Positions 29,434-38,992 of a stretch of DNA of 64,000 nt are shown here, in pieces; position 1 is the stretch's first letter, and each line of letters opens with the position of its first letter. The stretch covers positions 348 through 64,347 of the forward strand of contig JBDSOE010000172.1 of NCBI GenBank assembly GCA_039915005.1, written 5' to 3'. The position numbers were made by a program, and so were the translations under genes. Origin of the DNA: Ginsengibacter sp. (GTDB lineage Bacteria; Bacteroidota; Bacteroidia; Chitinophagales; Chitinophagaceae). The notes below the pieces were generated by a model. The model was not told where the DNA came from and made no database searches. It worked only from the letters and a program-made list of their open reading frames with translations.

Positions 29434-31554
29434 TTGAACCAACAACTCCATATAGCTTTAGTAGGAAATCCAAACTGCGGTAAAAGCTCTCTTTTTAATG
29501 CCCTCACAGGGTTGAATCAAAAGGTGGGAAATTTTCCGGGAGTTACGGTTGATAAGAAAACAGGTATCAGCAAAATTTCTGAAAAACTTACTTCAAAAAT
29601 AATTGATCTTCCCGGTACTTATAGTTTGTATCCGAAAAGGAATGATGAATGGGTTTCTTACAAAGTATTAATTGATCAGGATCCTCATATAAAAACGGAC
29701 ATAATTGTGTTGGTGGCAGATGCCAGCAATCTGAAAAGGAATCTTCTGTTTTGTTCCCAGATCATTGATTTGAAAAAGCCGGTGGTGATAGCGCTTACCA
29801 TGATGGACATTGCCCAAAAGAATGACATTAAAATTGATGTAGCCGGCCTGCAGAGGGAGTTAGGCGTATTGGTGATCCCGGTAAATCCCAGGAAGAACAA
29901 GGGGATTCAGCAATTAAAAAAAGCGATAGAGCAAACCTCCGAAAATGTTCATCCTATACCGGAAAAAAACTTTATTAATGTAGAGCCTTTCGCACCCGAA
30001 GCCATTAAAAAGATACAACAAATTTTCCCCGGAACCAGTAGTTACAGGGCGATTCATTACCTCATCAATCACGAAAATTTCAATTTAAATGATACGCTCC
30101 AGGAAACGATAGAAAATATTGAGATAGAAACAAAATTCAATCCGACAAGGACACAGGCGGAAGAAATTTTACAACGATATGGTAAAATAAAAACCATTAT
30201 GAAGCAGACGGTAGTGGAATCTGATCCGCTGCAAAAAGCGTTATTTACTCAACGGCTCGATGACGTTTTATTGCACCGCACCTGGGGGTATGTGATATTG
30301 CTCGCGGTTCTTTTTCTATTATTTCAAAGCATTTTTGTTATTGCCCAATTTCCCATGAATGCTATTGAGTGGACGTTTGCGGAAGCGGGAGGTTGGCTCG
30401 GAAAGGTGTTACAAGCTGCCTGGTACAGTGATCTTTTTATAAATGGAATACTGGCAGGCCTTAGCGGCATCATCGTTTTTGTGCCGCAAATAATGATTCT
30501 TTTTGGATTGATAACCTTGCTGGAAGATACAGGCTATATGGCACGCATCAGCTTCCTGACGGATAAGGTGATGCGAAAAGCAGGGCTAAACGGAAAAAGC
30601 GTAATGCCCATGATAAGCGGCCTTGCCTGTGCGGTGCCGGCCATAATGAGTGCGCGGAGTATTGAAAATAAAAAAGAGCGGTTATTGACCATTATGGTTA
30701 CGCCGCTCATGAGTTGCAGTGCAAGATTGCCGGTATATACTGTATTGATCGCGTTAGTAATTCCGAATAAGATGTTTTTGGGTTTTGTGAGTTTGCAGGG
30801 GTTGGTGATGATGGCGATGTATTTTATGGGCACCTTTATGGCACTGGCTTCAGCATTTGTAATGAAGTGGTTTATAAGAAGCAAAGAGAAAAGTTTTTTT
30901 ATTCTGGAACTACCTGCTTATCGGGGCCCGAGGTGGAAAAATGTAGTAACTACTATGGTGGAAAGGGCAAAAATTTTTGTAGTGGATGCCGGAAAGGTTA
31001 TTATGGTGATCAGCTTATTGCTTTGGGTTTTAAGTTCATTTGGTCCTGCTAAAAAAATGTCGGCAGTTACCGCGAAGTACGAAACGCTGATACAACAAAA
31101 TCCTTCACAGCAAAAGCAATTGAATAAACAAAGAAGCACCGATTATCTTGAAAATTCCTATGCCGGTATCCTCGGCAGATCCATTGAGCCGGTAATAAAA
31201 CCTTTGGGTTACGACTGGAAGATAGGCATTGCATTGATTACTTCATTTGCGGCTCGCGAAGTTTTTGTGGGTACCATGGCCACTCTCTATAGTGTAGGTG
31301 ATGATGCCGATGAAAACAATTCGACGTTAAGGGAAAAAATGACGGCAGCTACCTGGCCCAATGGCGATAAAGTTTATACCATGGCTGCGGGTTTATCGCT
31401 TTTGATTTTTTATGTGCTGGCCATGCAATGTATGAGCACCCTTGCTATTGTAAAAAGAGAAACCCATAGCTGGAAATGGCCCATCATCATGCTTACTTAC
31501 ATGACGGGACTGGCCTATGTGATGAGCTTTATAACGTTTCAGATATTTAAGTAA
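29434..31554 (+). CDS. feoB: Ferrous iron transport protein B
   Basis: GNPNCGKSSLFN (G1), NFPGVTV, DLPGTYSL, MSCSARLP, FAAREV. Confidence 0.97.
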   Translation: MNQQLHIALVGNPNCGKSSLFNALTGLNQKVGNFPGVTVDKKTGISKISEKLTSKIIDLPGTYSLYPKRNDEWVSYKVLIDQDPHIKTDIIVLVADASNLKRNLLFCSQIIDLKKPVVIALTMMDIAQKNDIKIDVAGLQRELGVLVIPVNPRKNKGIQQLKKAIEQTSENVHPIPEKNFINVEPFAPEAIKKIQQIFPGTSSYRAIHYLINHENFNLNDTLQETIENIEIETKFNPTRTQAEEILQRYGKIKTIMKQTVVESDPLQKALFTQRLDDVLLHRTWGYVILLAVLFLLFQSIFVIAQFPMNAIEWTFAEAGGWLGKVLQAAWYSDLFINGILAGLSGIIVFVPQIMILFGLITLLEDTGYMARISFLTDKVMRKAGLNGKSVMPMISGLACAVPAIMSARSIENKKERLLTIMVTPLMSCSARLPVYTVLIALVIPNKMFLGFVSLQGLVMMAMYFMGTFMALASAFVMKWFIRSKEKSFFILELPAYRGPRWKNVVTTMVERAKIFVVDAGKVIMVISLLLWVLSSFGPAKKMSAVTAKYETLIQQNPSQQKQLNKQRSTDYLENSYAGILGRSIEPVIKPLGYDWKIGIALITSFAAREVFVGTMATLYSVGDDADENNSTLREKMTAATWPNGDKVYTMAAGLSLLIFYVLAMQCMSTLAIVKRETHSWKWPIIMLTYMTGLAYVMSFITFQIFK

Positions 31555-31616
31555 GGGCTTTCCTATGGATTGTAAAGCAAGAAATTCCCACTATCCACTA
31601 CCTTGTATCCATTTTT

Positions 31617-31818
31617 CTCTGTGGCTCTCTGTGTTTTCTCCGTGCCACTCTGTGTAATGCCTTCTTTATTACACAGAGAACCGCAGAGAACCACTGAGTT
31701 GCACAGAGTTTTTGTATCCCTTTTTTCTTTGTGGCTCTCTGTGTTTTCTCCGTGACACTCAGTGTAATACCTTCTTTCTTACACTGAGAATCGCAGAGAA
31801 CCACTGAGTTGCACAGAG
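31617..31818. repeat. Heptamer-hairpin array, left arm (two 110-bp units)
   Basis: Each unit is 4 x CTCTGTG-like, then TAA-N11-TTA, then 4 x CACAGAG-like heptamers at 10-11-nt pitch. Confidence 0.92.
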
Positions 31819-31820
31819 CG

Positions 31821-32204
31821 TTAACGAACATATCTTTTCAGGCCGTTCTTTAAAAGGATTACATTAAAATTAATTAACAATCCTACGGGTTTTTCGGCAA
31901 ACTTCATATAAGTAAGTATCTGCGCTTCATGCACGTCATTAAATACCTCTACTGTTTTTAATTCAAAAACTATTGTGCTTTCTACAAGAATATCCATGCG
32001 ATACCCTCATTCCAGCTTTATTTCTTTGTACACTACTGGAACGGCCTTTTGCCTCTCAATATTCAAACCGGCTTTTATTAATTCATAAACCAGGCATTCC
32101 TCATAAGCAGATTCTAATAATCCGGGACCTAATAATTTATGCACCTCCATTGCGCATCCAATGATGGTATGAGTTAATTGTTGATATTTAAATTCCTTTT
32201 CCAT
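31821..32204 (-). pseudogene. GxxExxY protein (PD-(D/E)XK-like), single in-frame TGA at 32007-32009 (nonsense or recoded)
   Basis: GPGLLESAYEECL..VPVVYKEIKLE*GYRMDILVESTIVFELKTVE..HEAQILTYMK..GLLINFN..NGLKRYVR*. The frame is intact through the stop for 127 codons. Confidence 0.88.
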
Positions 32205-32249
32205 CTTATTTGATTTTCATGTTATAAATACTTAATGACCAACTTTTTT

Positions 32250-32380
32250 CTCTGTGGCTCTTTGTGTAATGCCTTCTTTCTTACACTGAGAACCGCGGAG
32301 AACCACAGAGTTTCACAGAGTTTTTTTGTAGCCTTTTTTCTCTGTGGCTCTCCGTGCCTTCTCCGTGCCACTCTGTGTAA
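32250..32380. repeat. Heptamer-hairpin array, right arm (1.5 units)
   Basis: Same heptamer blocks and same spacers (TGCCTTCTTTC; TTTTTGTA..CTTTTT) as the left arm. Confidence 0.9.
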
Positions 32381-32407
32381 TAGATAATAAAGAACGTCTG
32401 TTTGCTT

Positions 32408-35014
32408 TTAATATCTCCTGGCCAGCACCACCGTGTTTTTAAAAGCCTTCTTTTTTCCTTCCACATTAAAAATTTCGGTGTAAACAATATAAATTCCTTG
32501 CGGAAGTTTCCGGTTTTTATCATCCAGGCCATCCCAGCGATAGTACCCATTTATGCCGCTCAATGAATTTTTTTGAAGATAACGCACAGGCCTGCCCGAA
32601 GCATCGAACACGGTTATGTTGGCAACAAAACCGGCGGAAGGAAAACTGTAACTGATCGTAACAAAATCATCTATGCCGTCATTATCGGGAGAAAATATTT
32701 CCGGCATAACGGTGATGTCTCCACGCACTTCTTCATATGGCAGGTATTGGGAATTTTTATATCCCGGAGTGCCGTATCCCACTGAGGCAGCCGCGGAATG
32801 AAAATTGCTTTGCCCGGAAGCCGCGTCATAATCTATTCTTTCCAAAGCAACGCCCTGTGCATTTTTTATCAATGGGAAATGCCAACTTTGATCATAGGCA
32901 ACTTCATCTACGATGTTTCCCTGGTGGTTTAAAATAATTACATTTCCGTGGGTATTGGAAAAAGAAGGGAAGCTATTTAGTTTTAAAAAGGCATCAGGGT
33001 TGGTAGTAAGGTATTGATTTTTTACTGCGTCAATATCGGTACTTAATAAAATGAATTGTTGTGGGAACAATAAAATACTTTCCTGAGATACCTGTTGAAT
33101 GCCGCTGATGATGTTTCTGCTGTTGCGATTGGCAATAAATATTTTATTCAGATCAATGATTTTTTTAGAACGATTATAAAGTTCCACATAGTCAGCACCC
33201 ATTGGCCTGGGGTTAAAAAGAATTTCATTAATTACTAAATCGAGGTTGTCTGCATCCTGCGCCAAACCAAATTGGGCGGTGTTCTTTGCGCCAATGATAT
33301 TACCCTTGCAATCCGAAATATTTTTCGTTGTAATGGTATATACCGTACCGGAAACTATGGGATTAATAAGTGTAATATTTACTTTATCAAACAGCGGAGG
33401 AAGGGCTATGGCCTCTCTTGCGATCAACCCGTTATTGAATGTATAATTACTTATGAAAGCGGCTTTCAGGCTGTCTAAAGGTTCATCAAAAACCAAAGTG
33501 AGTTTGTCTTCACCGGTGGCAAAGGCACGTAATAATTTGGGGGAGGTATCATCTTTATTGATTCCGTCCACGGAATTTTTTCTTCCTGGAGTGCCACCAT
33601 TTGGATCCACACTTGCTTTCCAGTTAGAAGATCCTGCGCAGGGATTCTGAGTATCTATCATCTCCAATGTCCATCCGCCATTTTTTTTAAGCTCATTTTT
33701 ATACCAGCCAACTTCATAACGCAATGCATGGATTGTTTTGCCCGAGGCATCAGAAAGAAAAATTAATTCTCCATCATTATCAAGCGAGGGAAAATTACTT
33801 ACGCTTATTGCGTGGCCGAAAGAAGAAAGGCCGGCAATTGCCGATCCCGTACTAATTATAACGAAACTATCAGGCTGTAAAATATAGTTGGGCATAAGCC
33901 CGCTTGTGCCTGAAAGATCGCCGAACTTCCATCCCTTTAAATTGATAGCAAAGGAAGAAGTGTTTTTTAGTTCAATCCATTCATTATTTGGCAAGCCAAC
34001 CTGTGGAGATGGATCAGCCATTAACTCATCTATAACTACATCATATTGTTGGGGAGTGTAAAAACTAAAAGTGGTGGTAGCGTTATTGACTGGGTTGCCA
34101 GCTACATCTTTTACGCCATTTACAGTCAACGTATATAAAGCACCGTTAGTGAAGGGGGAATTAAAAGTAAGATGGACCAGTGAAGCATTCCCGGCATCAG
34201 CGACAACACTCACGGGCATTCCCAGATTATTAACAGAGTAGTTGGAAAATACTCCGCTGCTTGCAGGATCTAAAGGTTCATTGAACCATACATTGAGCTG
34301 TGTGTTGGAGACAGCAGTGGCAGAATCTATTATAGGTGGCGTAAGATCGGGCGAATAATAGCTGATTTTAATATCATCAAAAAAATGTTTTTGGAAAAAA
34401 GCGGCGGTGCTTTGTTTTATAAAAAAACCAAAATACGAGGAGGTTGTGTAGGTGGCATCCGTGGCCGAACCTTCGCTGGTGTAGCCGGTATCCATTCCGC
34501 TCACTTCTCTTAAAAGCGTCCATTTATTGTTAGCGTCTCTTACCACTTTAATTCGCATTGCATTATTGCCTGTGTTGAGAATGTCATCTTTTCCGTCAAT
34601 AATTTTTACAATGGTTCCTGAAGGGCTTTTGCGATAAAGAGAAATTTCATCATCGGTATTTCCTATTCGTACAAAATATCCATAAGTGGCATTCAGGCTT
34701 ACATCACTTGCCGAAGCAGTTAGATACACATCAATATAGTTAGCGGAGGAAGGATTGAAAGCCATTTTAACCCAGAATTCCCACTGGGCATTTGTGGCAA
34801 GCGTATTTACAGTGCTCAGGTAAAAAGTATGATTTGCAATGGTATTATTACTTTGTAAGTGATAGGAATTATTTACTACAAAATCAGAGACGTTACCAAT
34901 CCATTCAGGGCTGTTGGTAAAGTCGCCATCACTGAAATTTTCAGTTATCTGTGCTTTGGTAATTGAGCCAGGGATTAGAAAAATAATAAGACAGAAATAA
35001 AACTTTCTACCCAT
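32408..35014 (-). CDS. Lamin-tail-domain / Ig-like (SbsA) protein with C-terminal gliding-motility (CHU_C, T9SS type B) domain
   Basis: VVIDELMADP..EWIELKN and VINEILFNP..DYVELYN (two LTDs), FNEPLD Ig-like repeats, PEIFSPDNDGIDD..WDGLDD..GIYI C-terminal domain. Confidence 0.85.
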   Translation of the reverse strand: MGRKFYFCLIIFLIPGSITKAQITENFSDGDFTNSPEWIGNVSDFVVNNSYHLQSNNTIANHTFYLSTVNTLATNAQWEFWVKMAFNPSSANYIDVYLTASASDVSLNATYGYFVRIGNTDDEISLYRKSPSGTIVKIIDGKDDILNTGNNAMRIKVVRDANNKWTLLREVSGMDTGYTSEGSATDATYTTSSYFGFFIKQSTAAFFQKHFFDDIKISYYSPDLTPPIIDSATAVSNTQLNVWFNEPLDPASSGVFSNYSVNNLGMPVSVVADAGNASLVHLTFNSPFTNGALYTLTVNGVKDVAGNPVNNATTTFSFYTPQQYDVVIDELMADPSPQVGLPNNEWIELKNTSSFAINLKGWKFGDLSGTSGLMPNYILQPDSFVIISTGSAIAGLSSFGHAISVSNFPSLDNDGELIFLSDASGKTIHALRYEVGWYKNELKKNGGWTLEMIDTQNPCAGSSNWKASVDPNGGTPGRKNSVDGINKDDTSPKLLRAFATGEDKLTLVFDEPLDSLKAAFISNYTFNNGLIAREAIALPPLFDKVNITLINPIVSGTVYTITTKNISDCKGNIIGAKNTAQFGLAQDADNLDLVINEILFNPRPMGADYVELYNRSKKIIDLNKIFIANRNSRNIISGIQQVSQESILLFPQQFILLSTDIDAVKNQYLTTNPDAFLKLNSFPSFSNTHGNVIILNHQGNIVDEVAYDQSWHFPLIKNAQGVALERIDYDAASGQSNFHSAAASVGYGTPGYKNSQYLPYEEVRGDITVMPEIFSPDNDGIDDFVTISYSFPSAGFVANITVFDASGRPVRYLQKNSLSGINGYYRWDGLDDKNRKLPQGIYIVYTEIFNVEGKKKAFKNTVVLARRY

Positions 35015-35094
35015 TATTATTAGTTTTGATTTTAAAGATAAATATTTTAGCCTTTCTTTGTAAATAATCATTTATAAATTTGAAATAAAACAAA

Positions 35095-36120
35095 ATGAAA
35101 ATCGCCGTAGTTGGAGCAACAGGCCTTGTGGGTAGTAAAATGTTGCAGATTCTAGAAGAAAGAAATTTTCCGGTAACAGAATTGATTCCGGTAGCCTCTG
35201 AAAAGTCAGTCGGGAAAGAAGTTTCCTTTAAAAATAAAAAATACAAAATCGTTTCAGCGGAAGACGCTATTGCCGCAAAACCTGATATAGCCTTGTTTTC
35301 AGCAGGGGGAAGCACTTCTCAATTATTGGCGCCGAAGTTTGCCGCCGCAGGAATTACCGTAATTGATAATTCTTCCGCATGGCGCATGGACCCTACCAAG
35401 AGATTAGTGGTTCCTGAAGTGAATGCCAATGTGCTAAGCAAAGAAGATAAAATAATTGCCAATCCCAATTGCTCTACCATCCAAATGGTATTGGTTTTAA
35501 ATCCTCTTCATAAAAAATACGGCATAAAAAGAGTAGTGGTTTCCACCTATCAAAGTGTAACAGGAACGGGTGTAAAAGCAGTAAAGCAAATGGAGAACGA
35601 GAGAAATAATATAGAAGGTGAGATGGCGTATAAATATCGTATTGATAAAAATGCGCTTCCGCACATTGATGTTTTTCTTGACAATGGATACACCAAAGAA
35701 GAAATGAAAATGGTGAATGAAACACGGAAAATAATTGGTGATGATACCATTCAATTAACCGCTACTTGTGTACGCATCCCTGTAATGGGCGGGCATAGCG
35801 AGAGTGTAAATGTTGAGTTTGAAAATGATTTTGACCTTGATGAAGTAAGAAAGATATTATCTGATGCACCCGGTGTGATTGTTCAGGATGATGTGGATAA
35901 TTTCGTCTATCCGATGCCATTAACTGCACACGAAAAAGATGAGGCTTTTGTGGGAAGGATTCGCAGGGACGAATCACAGCCTAAGACGCTGAATTTTTGG
36001 GTAGTAAGTGATAACCTTAGAAAAGGCGCGGCTACCAATGCGGTGCAGATAGCAGAGTACCTGGTGAAGAATAATTTGATCACAGAATCTTCTGCATCTT
36101 TATCAACTGCTATGGCATAG
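35095..36120 (+). CDS. asd: Aspartate-semialdehyde dehydrogenase
   Basis: VVGATGLVG, IDNSSAWR, IIANPNCSTIQM, DNLRKGAATNAVQIAE. Confidence 0.98.
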   Translation: MKIAVVGATGLVGSKMLQILEERNFPVTELIPVASEKSVGKEVSFKNKKYKIVSAEDAIAAKPDIALFSAGGSTSQLLAPKFAAAGITVIDNSSAWRMDPTKRLVVPEVNANVLSKEDKIIANPNCSTIQMVLVLNPLHKKYGIKRVVVSTYQSVTGTGVKAVKQMENERNNIEGEMAYKYRIDKNALPHIDVFLDNGYTKEEMKMVNETRKIIGDDTIQLTATCVRIPVMGGHSESVNVEFENDFDLDEVRKILSDAPGVIVQDDVDNFVYPMPLTAHEKDEAFVGRIRRDESQPKTLNFWVVSDNLRKGAATNAVQIAEYLVKNNLITESSASLSTAMA

Positions 36121-36185
36121 TAATTTTTTTGTAAAAAAAATTAAGAGAGGTATTAATAAACTTTTGGAAAGTTGTTAATACCTCT
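36121..36185 (+). terminator. Two adjacent hairpins after asd (probable terminator)
   Basis: TAATTTTTTT/AAAAAAATTA and AGAGGTATTAA..TTAATACCTCT stems. Confidence 0.5.
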
Positions 36186-36566
36186 TGGTAATTTAAGGTG
36201 GGGAGGCATTGTAAAAGTTATACCCGTAAAGTCCTCTAAAACTTTCTATAATACAGGCAAGATACCCATCTTTTCTCCGCCCATTGCATTATTGCCCCTC
36301 TCAATATTTCATTTAAGTCTCACCCAAAATAAGCCTTTCGCGCCTTGGCAATCTCTTAAAGGGTGAAAATGAGATAAGCAAGCACGGGACTACCTTTTCA
36401 CGGAAAATTAGTGAAAATTTTAAGTAGGAATTTTGCCCGGAAAAAAAGAGAGGTTGATACTTCATTTTTGTTGCGTTTTTTGGGTCAACAAAACATTTAT
36501 AAGAGCTTGATGATTTTTAAATTCCCATTTACACTAAATTTGGAAAGTCCAAATATCTGATCTACG

Positions 36567-38630
36567 ATGAAAAAGCGTTTTCCGAAACTTTCTTCTGAAT
36601 GGCTATTGCTGCTTTTATACTTCGCTGTTTTTATTTCATTAGTCATTTTGCGAAACTCCCAGTTTTGGAGTCAAAGACAAGCAACTTCTGCACTTGTTCA
36701 GTTGGTTACCGAAGCAAATGATCGTCAGACAACGTGTAACGATCTTTATCGGGCAGAGCTTAATGAGCAAGCCGAAATTTTAGAATTATTAAATGTAGTT
36801 CAGGAAAAAAAGGGACGAAGCTTTTCAAAATCAATTGTTGATATTACTAAACAAAATGATAGTTCTCTGGCGCAATTAGAAAGTCTTCTTAAAGGCCATG
36901 ATGAGCAAAAACTATACAATAGCCTAAGATCAATTGCGGAAGAGAAAAGAGGTTCACTGAATGTTTTTTTTCAACTGGTTGAGCAAGAAAAATATGATGA
37001 GGCTTTAATGTATTATAAGAATAATTTAAAAGCTTTATACCCGCAGATTTTTCATGCAAACATTCAGTTGTTAAATTATGTGGTAAAGAAAGATAAGGCA
37101 GTAACTCAAGGGTATAAAGACAAGATAACTTTCTTTGCCCAATTAAATTTTGGGATAATTATATTGATTTTGATTGTCTTAACTTCTTTAGGATTATTTA
37201 TCTTCAAAATTATAAAGAAGTCTCGGAAAGCGAACCTTGACTTGAAAGAAAGCGAAAGAAAATACAGGACATTCATTGAGCAAACCAATGAGATGATTGA
37301 AAAATGTGATGCAAATGGAAAATTTGTTTTTGCAAATGATTTTTTTAGGAAGAGGCTTGAATATGATGAGGAAGAACTTTCCAAACTTACCTTATCAGAT
37401 ATATTGGCTGAAGGCATTATGGATATAAATCCTGACATGGCAAAAGATAAGGTGATTACAAATGTTCAAAAGATATTCAAAAGCAAAAGTGGTAAAAGAA
37501 TTTATATAGAAGGCACTATTCTTTTAGAGTATAAAGAGGGAGAATTTGATGGGGCAATTGGATTTTTCAAAGATGTTACTGAAAGGAAAGTATTGGAAGA
37601 ATCTTTAATTGCTTCTGAATTAAAATTTCGGAATTTTTTTAACCTCGCTCCTATACCTATGTGGGCAATTGATCCCCAAACAAACCATTTTGTTTTGGTA
37701 AACAAAGCCGCTATCGAGCATTATGGATTCTCTAAAGATGAGTTTTTGAATATGACGATTTTTGAAATCAGGAGTGTAACAAACCCTTTAAAACAAAGCA
37801 AAGATATTCAAAGGATAAAAGAGGAAACACTTGAACTTGCTGAAGACAAAACGGGTAAATATAATATCAATCATGTAAAGAAAAATGGAGAAGAAATAAA
37901 TGTTGAAATCTATACCACTCCGCTTATTATCAACGATAATAAATGTATTTTAGCCATTGTCATTGATGTTACGGAACGTAATGATTTTGAAAATAAAATA
38001 ACCAAGGCTATCATAAAGACCCAGGAAGATGAACGTTATGAAATTGGTAGCGAATTGCATGATAATGTTTGCCAGATCCTTGCCGCCGCAAAAATGAGTC
38101 TTGGAACGATTAAACACTCACTGGATGATGACGTTATGCCGTCCTATAATAAATCCTGTAATTCTATCCTTCTTGCCACCAACGAAATCCGGAACTTATC
38201 TCACCGGTTAGCGCCTGCCTTTTTTGACAATACCAAACTGGACGAAGCATTTGAAAGTTTATTAAATACTTTCAATATTGGAGATAAATATAACATCTCT
38301 ATGCATTTTGACGAGCATATGAAAAATATTTCCATTGACCAGGATTTACAGCTAAATTTTTACCGGATACTGCAGGAGCAGTTGCGCAATATTATCAAAC
38401 ATTCAGGTTGCACTGATATTGAAGTAGATGTTTTTGTATTTAATAACCAGCTTCAAATGAGAATTGCAGATAATGGGATTGGCTTTGAGGCAAATCAGGT
38501 AAAAAAAGGGATTGGCTTTGCCAATATGAAGAGACGTGCAGAGTTGTTTGGCGGGAAATTCCGTATTAATACCCGGCCCGGTAAGGGTTGTGAAATAATG
38601 ATAATAATTCCCATATCGAAAACGAATTAA
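36567..38630 (+). CDS. Membrane PAS-PAS sensor histidine kinase (HisKA_3 / NarX-like)
   Basis: Two TM segments around a helical sensor, two PAS domains, QEDERYEIGSELHDNVCQ H-box, IADNGIGF..GIGFANM..G.G ATP lid. Confidence 0.92.
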   Translation: MKKRFPKLSSEWLLLLLYFAVFISLVILRNSQFWSQRQATSALVQLVTEANDRQTTCNDLYRAELNEQAEILELLNVVQEKKGRSFSKSIVDITKQNDSSLAQLESLLKGHDEQKLYNSLRSIAEEKRGSLNVFFQLVEQEKYDEALMYYKNNLKALYPQIFHANIQLLNYVVKKDKAVTQGYKDKITFFAQLNFGIIILILIVLTSLGLFIFKIIKKSRKANLDLKESERKYRTFIEQTNEMIEKCDANGKFVFANDFFRKRLEYDEEELSKLTLSDILAEGIMDINPDMAKDKVITNVQKIFKSKSGKRIYIEGTILLEYKEGEFDGAIGFFKDVTERKVLEESLIASELKFRNFFNLAPIPMWAIDPQTNHFVLVNKAAIEHYGFSKDEFLNMTIFEIRSVTNPLKQSKDIQRIKEETLELAEDKTGKYNINHVKKNGEEINVEIYTTPLIINDNKCILAIVIDVTERNDFENKITKAIIKTQEDERYEIGSELHDNVCQILAAAKMSLGTIKHSLDDDVMPSYNKSCNSILLATNEIRNLSHRLAPAFFDNTKLDEAFESLLNTFNIGDKYNISMHFDEHMKNISIDQDLQLNFYRILQEQLRNIIKHSGCTDIEVDVFVFNNQLQMRIADNGIGFEANQVKKGIGFANMKRRAELFGGKFRINTRPGKGCEIMIIIPISKTN

Positions 38631-38657
38631 GCCCTAAAGTTAGAACGGTGTCTCGTG

Positions 38658-38992
38658 AAGACGGGAGGGTGGCTTGTCATTGTGGTTGCGGTTCCGCCAT
38701 TGTGCTGTTTCTGTTTACCCGTCATTGCGAATCTCCCCCCATCCGTCATTGCTTTTGCGATTTTATCATGGCAAGGCGCTCAATTTTCGTCATTGCGATG
38801 CGCCCATTTCCGTCATTGCGATGCGCCAGGAATAGCTCCGTAATTGATAATGCTTTCCGGCGCGGAGGGTTTGTAATAATTTGAAGTCCGAACTGCGCCT
38901 TGCAAAGACGGGAGATTGGCTTGTCATTGTGGTTGCGGTTCCGCCATTGTGCTGTTTCTGTTTCCCGCTACTGCGATTCTCCCCCCATCCGT
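38658..38992. repeat. Two ~88-bp direct repeats (38658-38746, 38905-38992) with interspersed GTCATTGCG motifs
   Basis: 47-bp identical core TGGCTTGTCATTGTGGTTGCGGTTCCGCCATTGTGCTGTTTCTGTTT; CGTCATTGCGATGCGCC occurs twice (near 38788 and 38811). Confidence 0.88.

Noticed and set aside
31598-31831. 77-aa ORF, and the 32281-32550 ORF
   Set aside because: Translations of the heptamer repeats.
31617-32380. CRISPR array
   Set aside because: Spacers are conserved rather than unique, units are internally heptameric, and there are no cas genes.
35892-35900. DnaA box (TGTGGATAA) / oriC
   Set aside because: A single box inside asd; no box cluster or unwinding element recognised in the window.
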